In this document: positions 1 to 11,400 of the stretch, in pieces | Layout: every line of letters begins with the position of its first letter | Numbering within the stretch: the first letter of the stretch is position 1 | From: Eledone cirrhosa | Taxonomy: Eukaryota | Assembly: GCA_964016885.1 (NCBI GenBank) | Contig: OZ024744.1 | Coordinates: 46,748,001-46,812,000, forward strand | Length of the DNA: 64,000 bases | Reading direction: 5' to 3' | Made by a program: the position numbers and the translations under genes | The notes under the pieces: generated by a model | What the model saw: only the letters and a program-made list of their open reading frames with translations | The model's database searches: none | Told to the model about the DNA's origin: nothing

Positions 1-66
1 CAAAACACGGATATAAAGACACATACACATACGCATACACATATACTTACACACACACATATATAT

Positions 67-97
<31 letters not shown>

Positions 98-506
98 TAC
101 ACGCACGCGCGCGCACATACGTAGTCGCTAATGTACATATATAGAAAGTATACACACATTAAGGCGTTCAACCATATTGATACAGGGTGTAAAAAACTTG
201 TGGATAAGTAAGTTCAAATATAAAATTGTAAGATTGGCTGCGCAAAAATAAAAAAATAAAAATAAGAATGAAAAATATATCTGGTTTGGAAAACACAAAT
301 GACATGTGTAATCAGTTAGTGAAGGAAGAAGGGGGAAGTAAAAAATGGAAAGTGAATCGGAGAATAAAGGGGGGGGGGTTATTGGTGGATGTGAAGTAAA
401 AATAAAAATAAATAAAAAAAATAAAAATAAAAATAAATGAAATTAATCACAAGGGTAAAAATGAAAGTAAGTCAGAAAGGGTAATTAAAAAGAGAATAAT
501 ATGAGT

Positions 507-965
507 TTATGGAGGATAAGTATCTGAAAGTGTGTTAAGTTTATATGAGCTGGAAAGCAAGTGTGATTTCATGTGTGGGCAACTGGTGAAAATTTCCGTC
601 TTTGTGTTCAGGCAGGTCTTTGGTGATTTTAGATTTTGCAATATCCAATATTTTTCATTTATGCAGAGCGTGCATTTTCTTGTTCCTCTAGCATATTCTT
701 TAGATTGGTTCAAAATTGACCAATCTAATTTATATTGGATGCCTTGGTCTTTCAAATCCCAAATTCTGCTAGCCAGAGCTGTTGTAAATCTTTTTTCTGG
801 ATGTCGAAAGGATGCGACATGTGAGTAATAACGCGTTTTGAATTTGTCTTGCGTCATACCCACATATCGTTCACTGGTGGCTGGATGGTTGTTGCTGATT
901 GTTGTCACTTTAGCCGCATATACAATGGCTTTGGTGTTGCATTTACCTTGTAATGGGCATTCATT
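507..965 (-). pseudogene. GIY-YIG endonuclease domain remnant of a PLE
   Basis: IVY...YVG...R..H GIY-YIG motif and terminal CxxC...CxH. The ORF 'start' lies in a microsatellite. Confidence 0.85.
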
Positions 966-972
966 TTTGATT

Positions 973-1260
973 TTATATATATATATTATATGCATATATA
1001 TTATATTATATATATATTATATATATTTATATATATTTTATATATATATATTATATGCATATATATTATATTATATATATATTATATATATTTATATATA
1101 TATTATATTATATATATATATTATATTTATATATATATTATATATATTTATATATATATTATATTATATATATATATTATATTATATATATATTATATAT
1201 ATTTATATATATATTATATTATATATATATATTATATTATATATATATTATATATATTTA
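973..1260. repeat. Degenerate (TA)n / TATTA low-complexity tract splitting the PLE coding sequence
   Basis: Almost pure A/T alternation between two colinear PLE coding blocks. Confidence 0.9.
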
Positions 1261-1434
1261 TTTCTCTAGGTGGTAATTTGTTGATGATATAGGACTTAAT
1301 AGGGGGACCGCAGGAATAGCTAATTTTGACACAGTTTCTGTTAAAGATCTTATAGTATCTATGTGTTCTATCTTAATGTGTGTATACTTTCTATATATGT
1401 ACATGAGCGACTACGTATGTGCGCGCGCGTGCGT

Positions 1435-1435
1435 G

Positions 1436-1467
<32 letters not shown>

Positions 1468-1550
1468 TATGTATATAGATAAACATATATATGTATATAG
1501 ATAAACATATATATGTATATAGATAAACATATATATGTATATAGATAAAC

Positions 1551-1605
<55 letters not shown>
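1435..1605. repeat. (TA)n microsatellite with ~22-bp ATATGTATATAGATAAACATAT units; 3' flank of the intact PLE
   Basis: Read directly from the sequence. Confidence 0.9.
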
Positions 1606-1608
<3 letters not shown>

Positions 1609-2315
1609 AATGAATAATAACAGGTAGACATCATAAAAAGGTAATTTATTCCGTGTGCTTACAAGTGTTTCCATGGTGGTACTGCAGCCTATTTCCGCTA
1701 CGTGCAAATTCACAAGTACTTGCAGAACTCGAATATAAATGGTAAATGTACAATGTAAATACCCTTAAGTGGGGTTGTTGGGGAAGATAGAGTAGAACAG
1801 GAAGAGGGAAAAGTAGGGAAGAGGGAGAGAGAAAGAAAGATATGCAGGGGTTGGCGAAGTAGGAGAGAGTGGCTTGTAGATATCTTAATCAAAATGTTAT
1901 GGTAGGGGTTTTATTATACTGGTTACTTTTGGAGAGATGCGTTGATAGTTAAGGTCGGAATTATTTATTGCCCCAGAGGGCAGGTTCATAGATGTTGAGA
2001 GGGAGGTAGGTCAAAGGTGAGAGAGAGAGAGTGTAATGGATGTAGAGAGAGATATAGGTAGAGAGGGGACAGATAAAGTATGTGTGGTGAGTGAACTTTT
2101 GGTTTTGTAGTAGTAATCTAGGAATTGCACTGAGTTACCATGTATAGTGATAAGCAGTGTATTGACTTGTAGTGTGGGGGGAAGAGAAGGTTGTTAGCTA
2201 GAAAGTGGTGTTATAGTTACGGGTTCGAATGTTAAGTTATTTTATAGTGAGAGAATTTAGCTTTTAGTTTGTGGTTGCAGTATAATGATCGTTCAATTCT
2301 ATCGTTAAGTAGTTT
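1606..2315 (-). repeat. 3' pseudo-LTR of the PLE (hammerhead 5' half deleted)
   Basis: Near-identical to 4749-5488, except that 35 nt (4877-4911) are replaced by TATA at 1734-1737. Confidence 0.92.
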
Positions 2316-4553
2316 GTTTTTGGATTTTAATATGTAAAATAGCTCAAGGTTACATAACCTGCAGTACTTCAATCCACTCCGATATGCACTTGCGCTGGAA
2401 AGTATGTCCCATTTTAAGGTGAACTGTTGGTTGTGTTCACGGAGTTGCCAGGTCTTGTTGGCGAGCGTGGTCACAAAACGGTGATTCGGATGTTTGATTG
2501 AGAATCGATGACGGTACCAGCGAGATTTAAACGATGTGGTGGTAGATCCGATATAATACCATTTCTGGTCGTTCGACTCAACCGTGCATTGGTAAACAAT
2601 GTTGGACTTTAGGCATTCATTCTGCAATGGACATCTTTCAGGTAGATGGCAGTTACATTCTTTGTTGTGGGTAGCGGGTATACCATGGATAGGTACAGGT
2701 GGGTTGTGTAATACCCGTCTCCCATTTAGTGGTTGGGAGGCAGATATCGCGTTCTGCCCATCTGTTACTAAAATGTTTTGTTTTGTAGAGTTGTTTAATT
2801 GCCTTAAGTTAAGTTTTTTTATGTATGCTTCAAGGTTTGGTGCCGTGGAGTATGATAGTCTAATAGTTTTAGAGTTCAGAATTTTGCTGTATTTATGGGA
2901 ACTAGGGAAGTGTTTGTTGATTAATTTAAAGAATGAAAGAGATAGTTTTGTACTAATCGAGGCATTAAAAATAGGATTGTACCAGATATACTTTCTACAA
3001 CGTGATTTATTTGGTGGTGATCTTCTATTATTAGTGTGTCTGGTAGTACTCTGTGTGTGTGTGTGTGCTTGTGTTTTAGTCCCCCGGTTACGTATACCTT
3101 GATTTCGTGTAGAGCTATGTGTGTTGTGGAAATTCCTATCGATGTATTCTATTGTATCCCGGTGGTCAGCATTCCTTAATGCATTATTGTAGTATTCAGC
3201 ATGTTCACTAAAAATATCAGAGTTAGACGATAGGCGAGAGATTCTAAGAGAGATACTCCGGGGAACTGATTTGATCATGGAGAGTGGGTGGTTAGAGTTA
3301 AAGTTAATATACGTAAGGTTCTCATTTACCTTGTGGAAGGGTCGTATCTGTCCTGTATTTAAATTAAGAGTTACGTCCAGAAAGTTTACTACTTTAAGAT
3401 TGTATTCGTATGTTATTTTTAAACCCAGTTCACTAAAAGATTTTCTAATATTTTTCCGTAGCCTTTCAAGATTTTGGTTATTCAAGTTATTAACTAATAA
3501 GAGCCCGTCATCTCTGTATATCCCCCCGTGTAGATTACTAAATTTACTATGTAATATGTGGGCTATGTAAATTCCCACGAGATCCGTGACCTCCGCCGAG
3601 TCGTTGGAACCCATGGTAATATCGAAATTTGTGGGTCTGTCCTTACGTTCCCAGTAGCAGTTATCGAACTTAATAATGGTTTTTCTAGCCTCGAGAATAA
3701 TATTAATTTCGTCCTCCGTTAGGTCGGAATTGGCCTTAGCAAACGATAGGGCCTTACGTAAAGTGCTTGGTGAGATGGAAGAGTAGTATTCGTCTATGTC
3801 AAATTGTATAAACTTAGATTTATTCTTATTCTTAACATTATTAAACCAGCGAATTGCTTCGCTAGTGTTGCCCCATAATTTAATTTCAATTTTCTTTTTC
3901 ACTTGAGTTATTACTCTGTCAAGTATATGTTTGCTAATTTTCCCTATGTCTGATTTAGAAGGGCATATAAGTCTGATCTTAGGGTTAGAGTCAAAATTTA
4001 CCTTATGGTCCTTCAGGTTGAAGGTGGGGGTAGCGGGTATAATCGGCTCGGTTCTATCGTCTATCTTGAGATTCTTCACCACTTTATATGCCTCGTTGTT
4101 AATATTTGCTAGCGTAGTTTCATTTGTTTTTCTATATTTTTTGTGTAGTTCGTTGCGTATGAAGTTATTGTACGTATCGATATCCATGGTATACACGTTA
4201 GAAGTCTTGTCAGCTTTCACAACAATTCCATTGGTATTTTGCAATCTTCGGAGTAGTGCTTTCATGTTGTTCTGCAGCTCATTATTACTATGTTTGTTGA
4301 ACTTAATGTTCATGGTCGTTTTCAATAAATCCTGTTCGAAAGCTTCGAGGTGAGGGTTTGTAGGTGGGTTTTTACATGATCTAAAACTATATGATTCAGA
4401 CGAGTGATTGGCGCGTCCTTTATCGAAATGGAAAGCTTTCCATCGTACACGCCGAATGAAGTCGTTACTGCGTTGAATCATACTAAGAATATATTCCCTT
4501 TTGTTAGGTATAGGTATGTTTTTAAGTGACATACCTATATGATGCCTTTCCAT
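2232..4553 (-). CDS. PLE polyprotein: reverse transcriptase + Cys-rich linker + GIY-YIG endonuclease (773 aa)
   Basis: Uninterrupted ORF. RT motifs ADKTS, QFDIDEYYSSI, MGSNDSAEVTDL, IYRDDGL, FLDVTL; linker CNCHLPERCPLQNEC; endonuclease NIVYQC...YYIGST..FKSRWYRH; C-terminal CRLC...CNH. Confidence 0.95.
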   Translation of the reverse strand: MERHHIGMSLKNIPIPNKREYILSMIQRSNDFIRRVRWKAFHFDKGRANHSSESYSFRSCKNPPTNPHLEAFEQDLLKTTMNIKFNKHSNNELQNNMKALLRRLQNTNGIVVKADKTSNVYTMDIDTYNNFIRNELHKKYRKTNETTLANINNEAYKVVKNLKIDDRTEPIIPATPTFNLKDHKVNFDSNPKIRLICPSKSDIGKISKHILDRVITQVKKKIEIKLWGNTSEAIRWFNNVKNKNKSKFIQFDIDEYYSSISPSTLRKALSFAKANSDLTEDEINIILEARKTIIKFDNCYWERKDRPTNFDITMGSNDSAEVTDLVGIYIAHILHSKFSNLHGGIYRDDGLLLVNNLNNQNLERLRKNIRKSFSELGLKITYEYNLKVVNFLDVTLNLNTGQIRPFHKVNENLTYINFNSNHPLSMIKSVPRSISLRISRLSSNSDIFSEHAEYYNNALRNADHRDTIEYIDRNFHNTHSSTRNQGIRNRGTKTQAHTHTQSTTRHTNNRRSPPNKSRCRKYIWYNPIFNASISTKLSLSFFKLINKHFPSSHKYSKILNSKTIRLSYSTAPNLEAYIKKLNLRQLNNSTKQNILVTDGQNAISASQPLNGRRVLHNPPVPIHGIPATHNKECNCHLPERCPLQNECLKSNIVYQCTVESNDQKWYYIGSTTTSFKSRWYRHRFSIKHPNHRFVTTLANKTWQLREHNQQFTLKWDILSSASAYRSGLKYCRLCNLELFYILKSKNKLLNDRIERSLYCNHKLKAKFSHYKIT

Positions 4554-4748
4554 ATTAATGCCGTGTGTCGGTGTGGTTGCTCAACTGTGTAGGAGGCGAT
4601 TATTAGGTATAGGATTATCCAAGATGTAGTAATGGTTAATTACTACACTGGATATGGTTGACGTACGGTAAGAGGGTACTCTACGAGTTATGGAAGAATT
4701 GTTCAAGAAACTTAGTTCCTGATCCTTCAGTATTCCGGAGTGTATATG

Positions 4749-5488
4749 AAGAATGAATAATAACAGGTAGACATCATAAAAAGGTAATTTATTCCGTGTG
4801 CTTACAAGTGTTTCCACGGTGGTACTGCAGCCTAGTTCCGCTACGTGCAAATTCACAAGTACTTGCAGAACTCGAAAATCCAATGCTGTGACCACTGTTT
4901 CCTCAGAGCAGAATGGTAAATGTACAATGTAAATACCCTTAAGTGGGGTTGTTGGGGAAGATAGAGTAGAACAGGAAGAGAGAAAAGTAGGGAAGAGGGA
5001 GAGAGAAAGAAAGATATGCAGGGGTTGGAGAAGTAGGAGAGAGTGGCTTGTAGATATCTAAATCAAAATGTTATGGTAGGGGTTTTATTATACTGGTTAC
5101 TTTTGGAGAGATGCGTTGATAGTTAAGGTCGGAATTATTTAATGCCCCAGAGGGCAGGTTCATAGATGTTGAGAGGGAGGTAGGTCAAAGGTGAGAGAGA
5201 GAGAGTGTAATGGATGTAGAGAGAGATATAGGTAGAGAGGGGACAGATAAAGTATGTGTGGTGAGTGAACTTTTGGTTTTGTAGTAGTAATCTAGGAATT
5301 GCACTGAGTTACCATGTGTAGTGATAAGCAGTGTATTGACTTGTAGTGTGGGGGAAGAGAAGGTTGTTAGCTAGAAAGTGGTGTTATAGTTACGGGTTCG
5401 AATGTTAAGTTATTTTATAGTGAGAGAATTTAGCTTTTAGTTTGTGGTTGCAGTATAATGATCGTTCAATTCTATCGTTAAGTAGTTT
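4749..5488 (-). repeat. 5' pseudo-LTR of the PLE (partial tandem copy of the 3' end)
   Basis: Direct repeat of 1606-2315; abuts the satellite at ~5488. Confidence 0.92.
4799..4910 (-). ncRNA. Type I hammerhead ribozyme with long branched helix II
   Basis: Minus strand reads UGCU-CUGAGGA-[~85 nt helix II]-GAAA-CACUUG-UA^-AGCA. Helix I is UGCU/AGCA, predicted cleavage is between 4803 and 4802, and AAUAAA follows at 4793-4788. Confidence 0.8.
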
Positions 5489-8400
5489 TTTCAAGCACTT
5501 TTTATTTATTTTTTTTTTATTAAAGCATATAGATGTAAGTGGAGGTACATAAATGAAATTTTTTATTGTTTTTCACGCGTTTGTTATTTTTTTATTAAAG
5601 CATATAGATGTAAGTGGAGTTACTTAAATGAAATTATTTTATTTTTTATTTATTAAAGCATATAGATGTAAGTGGAGTTACTTAAATGTAATTTTTTATT
5701 TTTTTTCTTATTTTATTAAAGCATATAGATGTAAGTGGAGTTACTTAAATGAAATTATTTTATTTTTTATTTATTAAATCATATAGATGTAAGTGGAGTT
5801 AATCAGATGAAATTATTTTTTTTTTCTCGCATTTTTTAATTCTTAATTTTTTTTATTAACGCACATAGATGTAGGTGGAGGTACTTAAATGAAATTTTTT
5901 ATTTTTTTTTTATTAAAGCATATAGATGTAAGTGGAGTTACTTAAAAGAATTTTTTTATTTATTTTTATTTTTTATTTTTTTTTTTTTTATTAAAGCATA
6001 TAGATGTAGGTGGAGTTACTAAAATGAAATTATTTTATTTTTTATCACACGTTTTCTATTTTTTTTAATTCTTTTTTTTAGATGTAAGTGGAGTTACTTA
6101 AATGAAATTATTTTATTTTTTTTATTAAAGCATATAGATGTAAGTGGTGTTACTTAAATGAAATTATTTTATTTTTTTATTTTATTTTTTTATTAAAGCA
6201 TATAGATGTAAGTGGTGTTACTTAAATGAAATTATTTTATTTTATGTGTTATTAAAGCATATAGATGTTTACTGGAGTTAATTAAATGAAATTTTTGTAT
6301 TTTTTCAAGCACTTATTTTTTTTTTTTTTTTATTAAAGCATATAGATGTAGGTGGAGTTACTAAAATGAAATTATTTTATTTTTTATCACGCGTTTTCTA
6401 TTTTTTTTAATTCTTTTTTTTAGATGTAAGTGGAGTTACTTAAATGAAATTATTTTTTTTTTTTTTATTAAAGCATATAGATGTAAGTGGTGTTACTTAA
6501 ATGAAATTATTTTATTTTTTTATTTTATTTTTTTATTAAAGCATATAGATGTAAGTGGTGTTACTTAAATGAAATTATTTTATTTTATGTGTTATTAAAG
6601 CATATAGATGTTTACTGGAGTTAATTAAATGAAATTTTTGTATTTTTTCAAGCACTTATTTTTTTTTTTTTTTATTAAAGCCTATAGATGTAAGTGGAGT
6701 TCCTTAGATAAAATTATTTTTTTTTCAAAATTTTTTATTTTTTAATTTTTTTATTAAAGCATATAGATGTAAATGGAGTTACATAAATGAAATTTTTTAT
6801 TTTTTTCACGCGTTTTTCATTTTTTCATTTTTTTTATTAATGCATGTAGATGTAAGTGGAGTTACTTAAATGAAATTATTATTTTTTTATTAAAGCATAT
6901 CGATGTAAGTGGAGTTACCTAAATGAAATTTGTTTTTTTCTCCCGTTTTTTAATTCTTAATTTTTTTATTAAAGCATATGGAGGTAAGTGGTGTTACTTC
7001 AATGAAATAATAATAATTTTTTTTAAAGCATATATATGTAAGTGGAGTTACTGAAATGAAATACTTTTTTTTCACGCGCTACTTATCTTTTAAATTTTTT
7101 CATTAAAGCATATATATGTAAGTGGAGTTAATTAAATTAAATTATTATTTGTTTTTATTAAATCATATAGATGTAAGTGGAGTTATTTTAATGAAATTAT
7201 AACTTTTTTTTTTCATGCGTTTTTTATTTTTTTATTAAAGCATGTAGATGTAATTGGAGTTACTTAAATGAAATTATTTTATTTTTTATTTATTAAAGCA
7301 TATAGATGTAAGTGGAGTTACTTAAATGAGATTATTTTATTTTTTATTTATTAAATCATATAGATGTAAGTGGAGTCAATTAAATGAAATTATTTTTTCT
7401 CGCATTATTTAATTCTTAATTTTTTTATAAACGCATATAGATGTAAGTGGAGTTACATAAATAGAATTTTTATTTTTTTTCACGCGTTTTTTATTTTTTT
7501 ATTTTTTTATTAAATATAGATGTAAGTGGACTTTAATGAAATTATTTTATTTTTTATTTATTAAAGCATATAGAAGTAGAGTTACTTAGATGAAATTATT
7601 TTATTTTATTTGTTATTAAAGCATATAGATGTAACTGGAGTTAATTAAATGAAATATTTTATTTTTTCATGCAATTTTTATTTTTTTATTTTTTTATTAA
7701 AGCATATAGATGTAAGTGGAGTTACTTAAATGAAATTATTATTTTTTTTTCACGCTTGTTTTATTATTTTATTTTTTTATTAACGCATATACATGTAGGT
7801 GGAGTTACTTAAAAGAAATTTTCTTTATTTTTTATTATTTTTTTTAATTAAAGCATATAGATGTAAGTGGAGTTACTTTAATTAAATTTTTATTTTTTTT
7901 CTCGCGTTTTTTAATTCTTAATTTTTTTATTAAAGCATATAGATGTAAGTAGAGTTTCTTAATTGAAATTATTCTATTTTTTATTTATTAAAGCATATAG
8001 ATGTAAGTGGAGTTACTTAAATGAAATTTTTTATTTTATTTGTTATTAAAGCATATAGATGTAACTGGAGTTAATTAAATGAATGTTTTTATTTTTTCAT
8101 GCACTTTTTATTTTTTATTTTTTTATTAAATCATATAGATGTAAGTGGAGTTACATAAATGAAATTTTTCTTTTTTTTTCACGCCTTTTTATTTTTTTTA
8201 TTTTTTTAGTAAAGCATATAGATGTATGTTTATGTATTATTATTTTCTTTTCACGCTTGTTTTATTATATTATTTTTTATTAACTCATATAGATGTAGGT
8301 GGAGTTACTCAAATTAAATTATTTACTTTTTCTTCAAGCGTATTTAATTTTTTTATTTTTTTGTTGACGCATATAGATGTAGTTGGAGTTACTTAAATGA

Positions 8401-11400
8401 ACTTTTTTTTTCTCGTGTTTTTTAATTCTTAATTTTTTTATTAAAGCATATAGATGTAAGTGGAGTTACATAAATGGAATTTTTTATTTTTTTTCACGCG
8501 TTTTTTATTTTTTAGTTTTTTTATTAAAGCATATAGATGTAAGTTGAGTTACTTAAATGAAATTATTATTTTATTTTCACGCTTCTTTTATTATTTTATT
8601 AAAGCATATAGATGTAAGTGGAGTTACTTAAATGAAATTATTTTTTATATATTAAAGCATATAGATGTAAGTGGAGTTATTTAAATGTAAATTTCTATTT
8701 TTTTGCTTATTTTATTAAAGCATATAGATGTAAGTGGAGTTACTTAATTGAAATTATTTTATTTTTTATTTATTAAATCAGATAGATGCAAGTGGAGTTA
8801 ATTAAATGAAATTATTATTTTTTTCTCCCATTTTTTAATTCTTAATTTTTTTTATTAATCTGTATTGATGTAGGTGGCGTTACTTAATAGAAATTTGTTT
8901 TATTTTTTATTATTTTTTTTGTAGATGTAAGTGGAGTTAGATAAATGAAATTTTTTTTTTTTTCACGCCTTTTTAATTTTTTTATTTTTTTATTAATGGA
9001 TATAGATGTAAGTTGAGTTACTTAAATCAAATTTTTTCTTTCTTTTCTTATTTTACTAAAGCATATATATGTAAGTGGAATTAATTAAATTAAATTATTT
9101 TTTTTTATTAAATCATATAGATGTAAGTGGAGTTTCTTTAATGAAATTATTTTTTTTTTCACGCGTTTTTTATTTTTTTGTTTTTTTACTAAAGCATATA
9201 GATGTAAGTGGAGTTACTTAAATGAAATTATTATTTTTTTTTTCTTATTTTATTAAAGCATATATATGTAAGTGGAGTTAATTAAATTAAATTATTTTTT
9301 TTCATTAAATCATATAGATGTAAGCCGAGTTAGTTTAATGAAATTATTTTTTTTTCACGCGTTTTTTATTTTTTTATTAAAGCATATAGATGTAAGTGGA
9401 GTTACTTAAAAGAAATTTTTTTTTTCACGCTTCTTTTATTATTTTATTTTTTTATTAAAGCATATAGACGTATGTGGAGTTACTTAAATGAAATTATTTT
9501 TTTTTTAAAGCATATATAAGTAAGTGGAGTTAATTAAATGAAATTATTTTTTTTTTATTAAATCATATAGATTTAAATGGAGTTACTTAAATGAAATTAT
9601 TTTTTTTTTTTTATTAAAGCATATAGATGTAAGTGGAGTTACTTAAATGAAATGTTTTCTTTTTTTCTTATTTTATATTAAAGCATATAGATGTAAGTGG
9701 AATTACTTAAATGAAATTATTTTATTTTTTATTTATTAAAACATATAGAATTTTTTTATTAAAGCATACAGATGTAAGTGCAGTTACTTAAATTAAATTT
9801 TCTTTTTTTTCTCGCGTTTTTTAATTCCTAATTTTTTTATTTAAGCATATAGATGTAAGTGGAGTTACTTAAATGAAATTATTTTATTTTTTGTCACGCG
9901 TTTTTTAATTTTTAATTCTTTAACAAGGAATATATACGTAAGTGGAGTTACTTAAATGAAATTTTTTATTTTTTCAAGCAATTTTTATATTTTATTTTTT
10001 TATTAAAGCATATAGATGTAAGTGAAGTTACTTAAATGAAATTTTTTTTAAAGCATATATATGTAAGTGGAGTTAATTAAATTAAATTATTATTTTTTTT
10101 TTATTAAATCATATAGATGTAAAGGGAGTTACTTTAATGAAATTATTACTTTTTTTTCACGAGTTTTTTATTTATTTATTAAAGCATATAGATGTACGTG
10201 GAGTTACTTAAATGAAATTATTTTATTTTTTATTTATTAAAGCATATAGATGTAAGTGGAGTTAATTAAATGAAAATTTTTCTTATTTTTCTTATTTTAT
10301 TAAAGCATATAGATGTAAGTGGAGTTACTTAAATGAAATTATTTTATTTTTTATTTATTAAATCATATAGATGTAAGTGGATTTAACTTAATGAAAAATT
10401 TTTTTTTCTCGCATTGTTTAATTAATTTTTTTATTAACGCATATAGATGTAAGTGGAGTTACATAAATGAAATTTCTTATCTCTTTTCAAGAGTTTTATA
10501 TTTTTTTGTTTTTTATTAAAGCATATAGATGTAAGTGGAGTTACTTAAATGAAATTATTTTATTTTTTATATATTAAAGCATATAGATGTAAGTGGAGTT
10601 ACTTAAATGACATTTTTTTTTCACGCTTCTTTTATTATTTTATTTTTTTATTAAAGCATATAGACGTATGTGGAGTTACTTAAATGAAATTATTTTTTTT
10701 TAAAGCATATATATGTAAGTGGAGTTAATTAAAGTAAATTATTTTTTTTTTATTAAATCATATAGATGTAAATGGAGTTACCTAAATGAAATTATTTTAT
10801 TTTTTATTTATTAAAGCATATAGATGTAAGTGGAGTTACTTAAATGAAATGTTTTCTTTTTTTTCTTATTTTATAAAAGCATATAGATGTAAGTGGAGTT
10901 ACTTAAATGAAATTATTTTATTTTTTATTTATTAAAACATATAGATGTAAGTGGAGTTAATTAAAGTAAATTATTTTTTTTTTATTAAATCATATAGATG
11001 TAAATGGAGTTAATTAAATGAAAATTTTTCTTTTATTTTTTATTTATTAAAGCATACAGATGTAAGTGCAGTTACTTAAATTAAATTTTCTTTTTTTTCT
11101 CGCGTTTTTTAATTCCTAATTTTTTTATTTAAGCATATAGATGTAAGTGGAGTTACTTAAATGAAATTATTTTATTTTTTGTCACGCGTTTTTTTATTTT
11201 TAATTCTTTAACAAGGAATATATACGTAAGTGGAGTTACTTAAATGAATTTTTTTATTTTTTCAAGCAATTTTTATATTTTATTTTTTTATTAAAGCATA
11301 TAGATGTAAGTGAAGGTACTTAAATGAAATTTTTTTTAAAGCATATATATGTAAGTGGAGTTAATTAAATTAAATTATTATTTTTTTTTATTAAATCATA

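Larger units (their letters stand above)
164..1371 (-). mobile_element. 5'-truncated Penelope-like retroelement fragment (linker + GIY-YIG endonuclease + 3' UTR), interrupted by a TA-rich tract
   Basis: ORF 507..995 has CPLQGKC..AIVYAAK..RYVGMT..FKTRYYSH..CTLC..CPH, homologous to the C-terminus of the 2232..4553 protein. The minus strand of 1261-1370 translates RTHRYYKIFNRNCVKISYSCGPPIKSYI, matching HKYSKILNSKTIRLSYSTAPNLEAYI of that protein. Confidence 0.85.
1606..5488 (-). mobile_element. Apparently full-length Penelope-like retroelement with tandem pseudo-LTRs (probably Hydra-type clade)
   Basis: Single RT + C-terminal GIY-YIG ORF flanked by ~0.7 kb direct repeats (1606-2315, 4749-5488), the upstream one including the last ~28 codons of the ORF. 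DKT instead of DKG, a CxC-x5-C-x5-C linker, and a 3' end in (TA)n. Confidence 0.93.

Noticed and set aside
280-322. CUGAUUA..hairpin on the minus strand in the 3' UTR of the first PLE fragment
   Set aside because: The core deviates (no G8, no GAAA) and there is no helix I/III, so it is not a supportable hammerhead.
4581-4895. 104-aa ORF upstream of the PLE ORF
   Set aside because: It starts at a non-ATG codon inside the hammerhead and has no recognisable motif.
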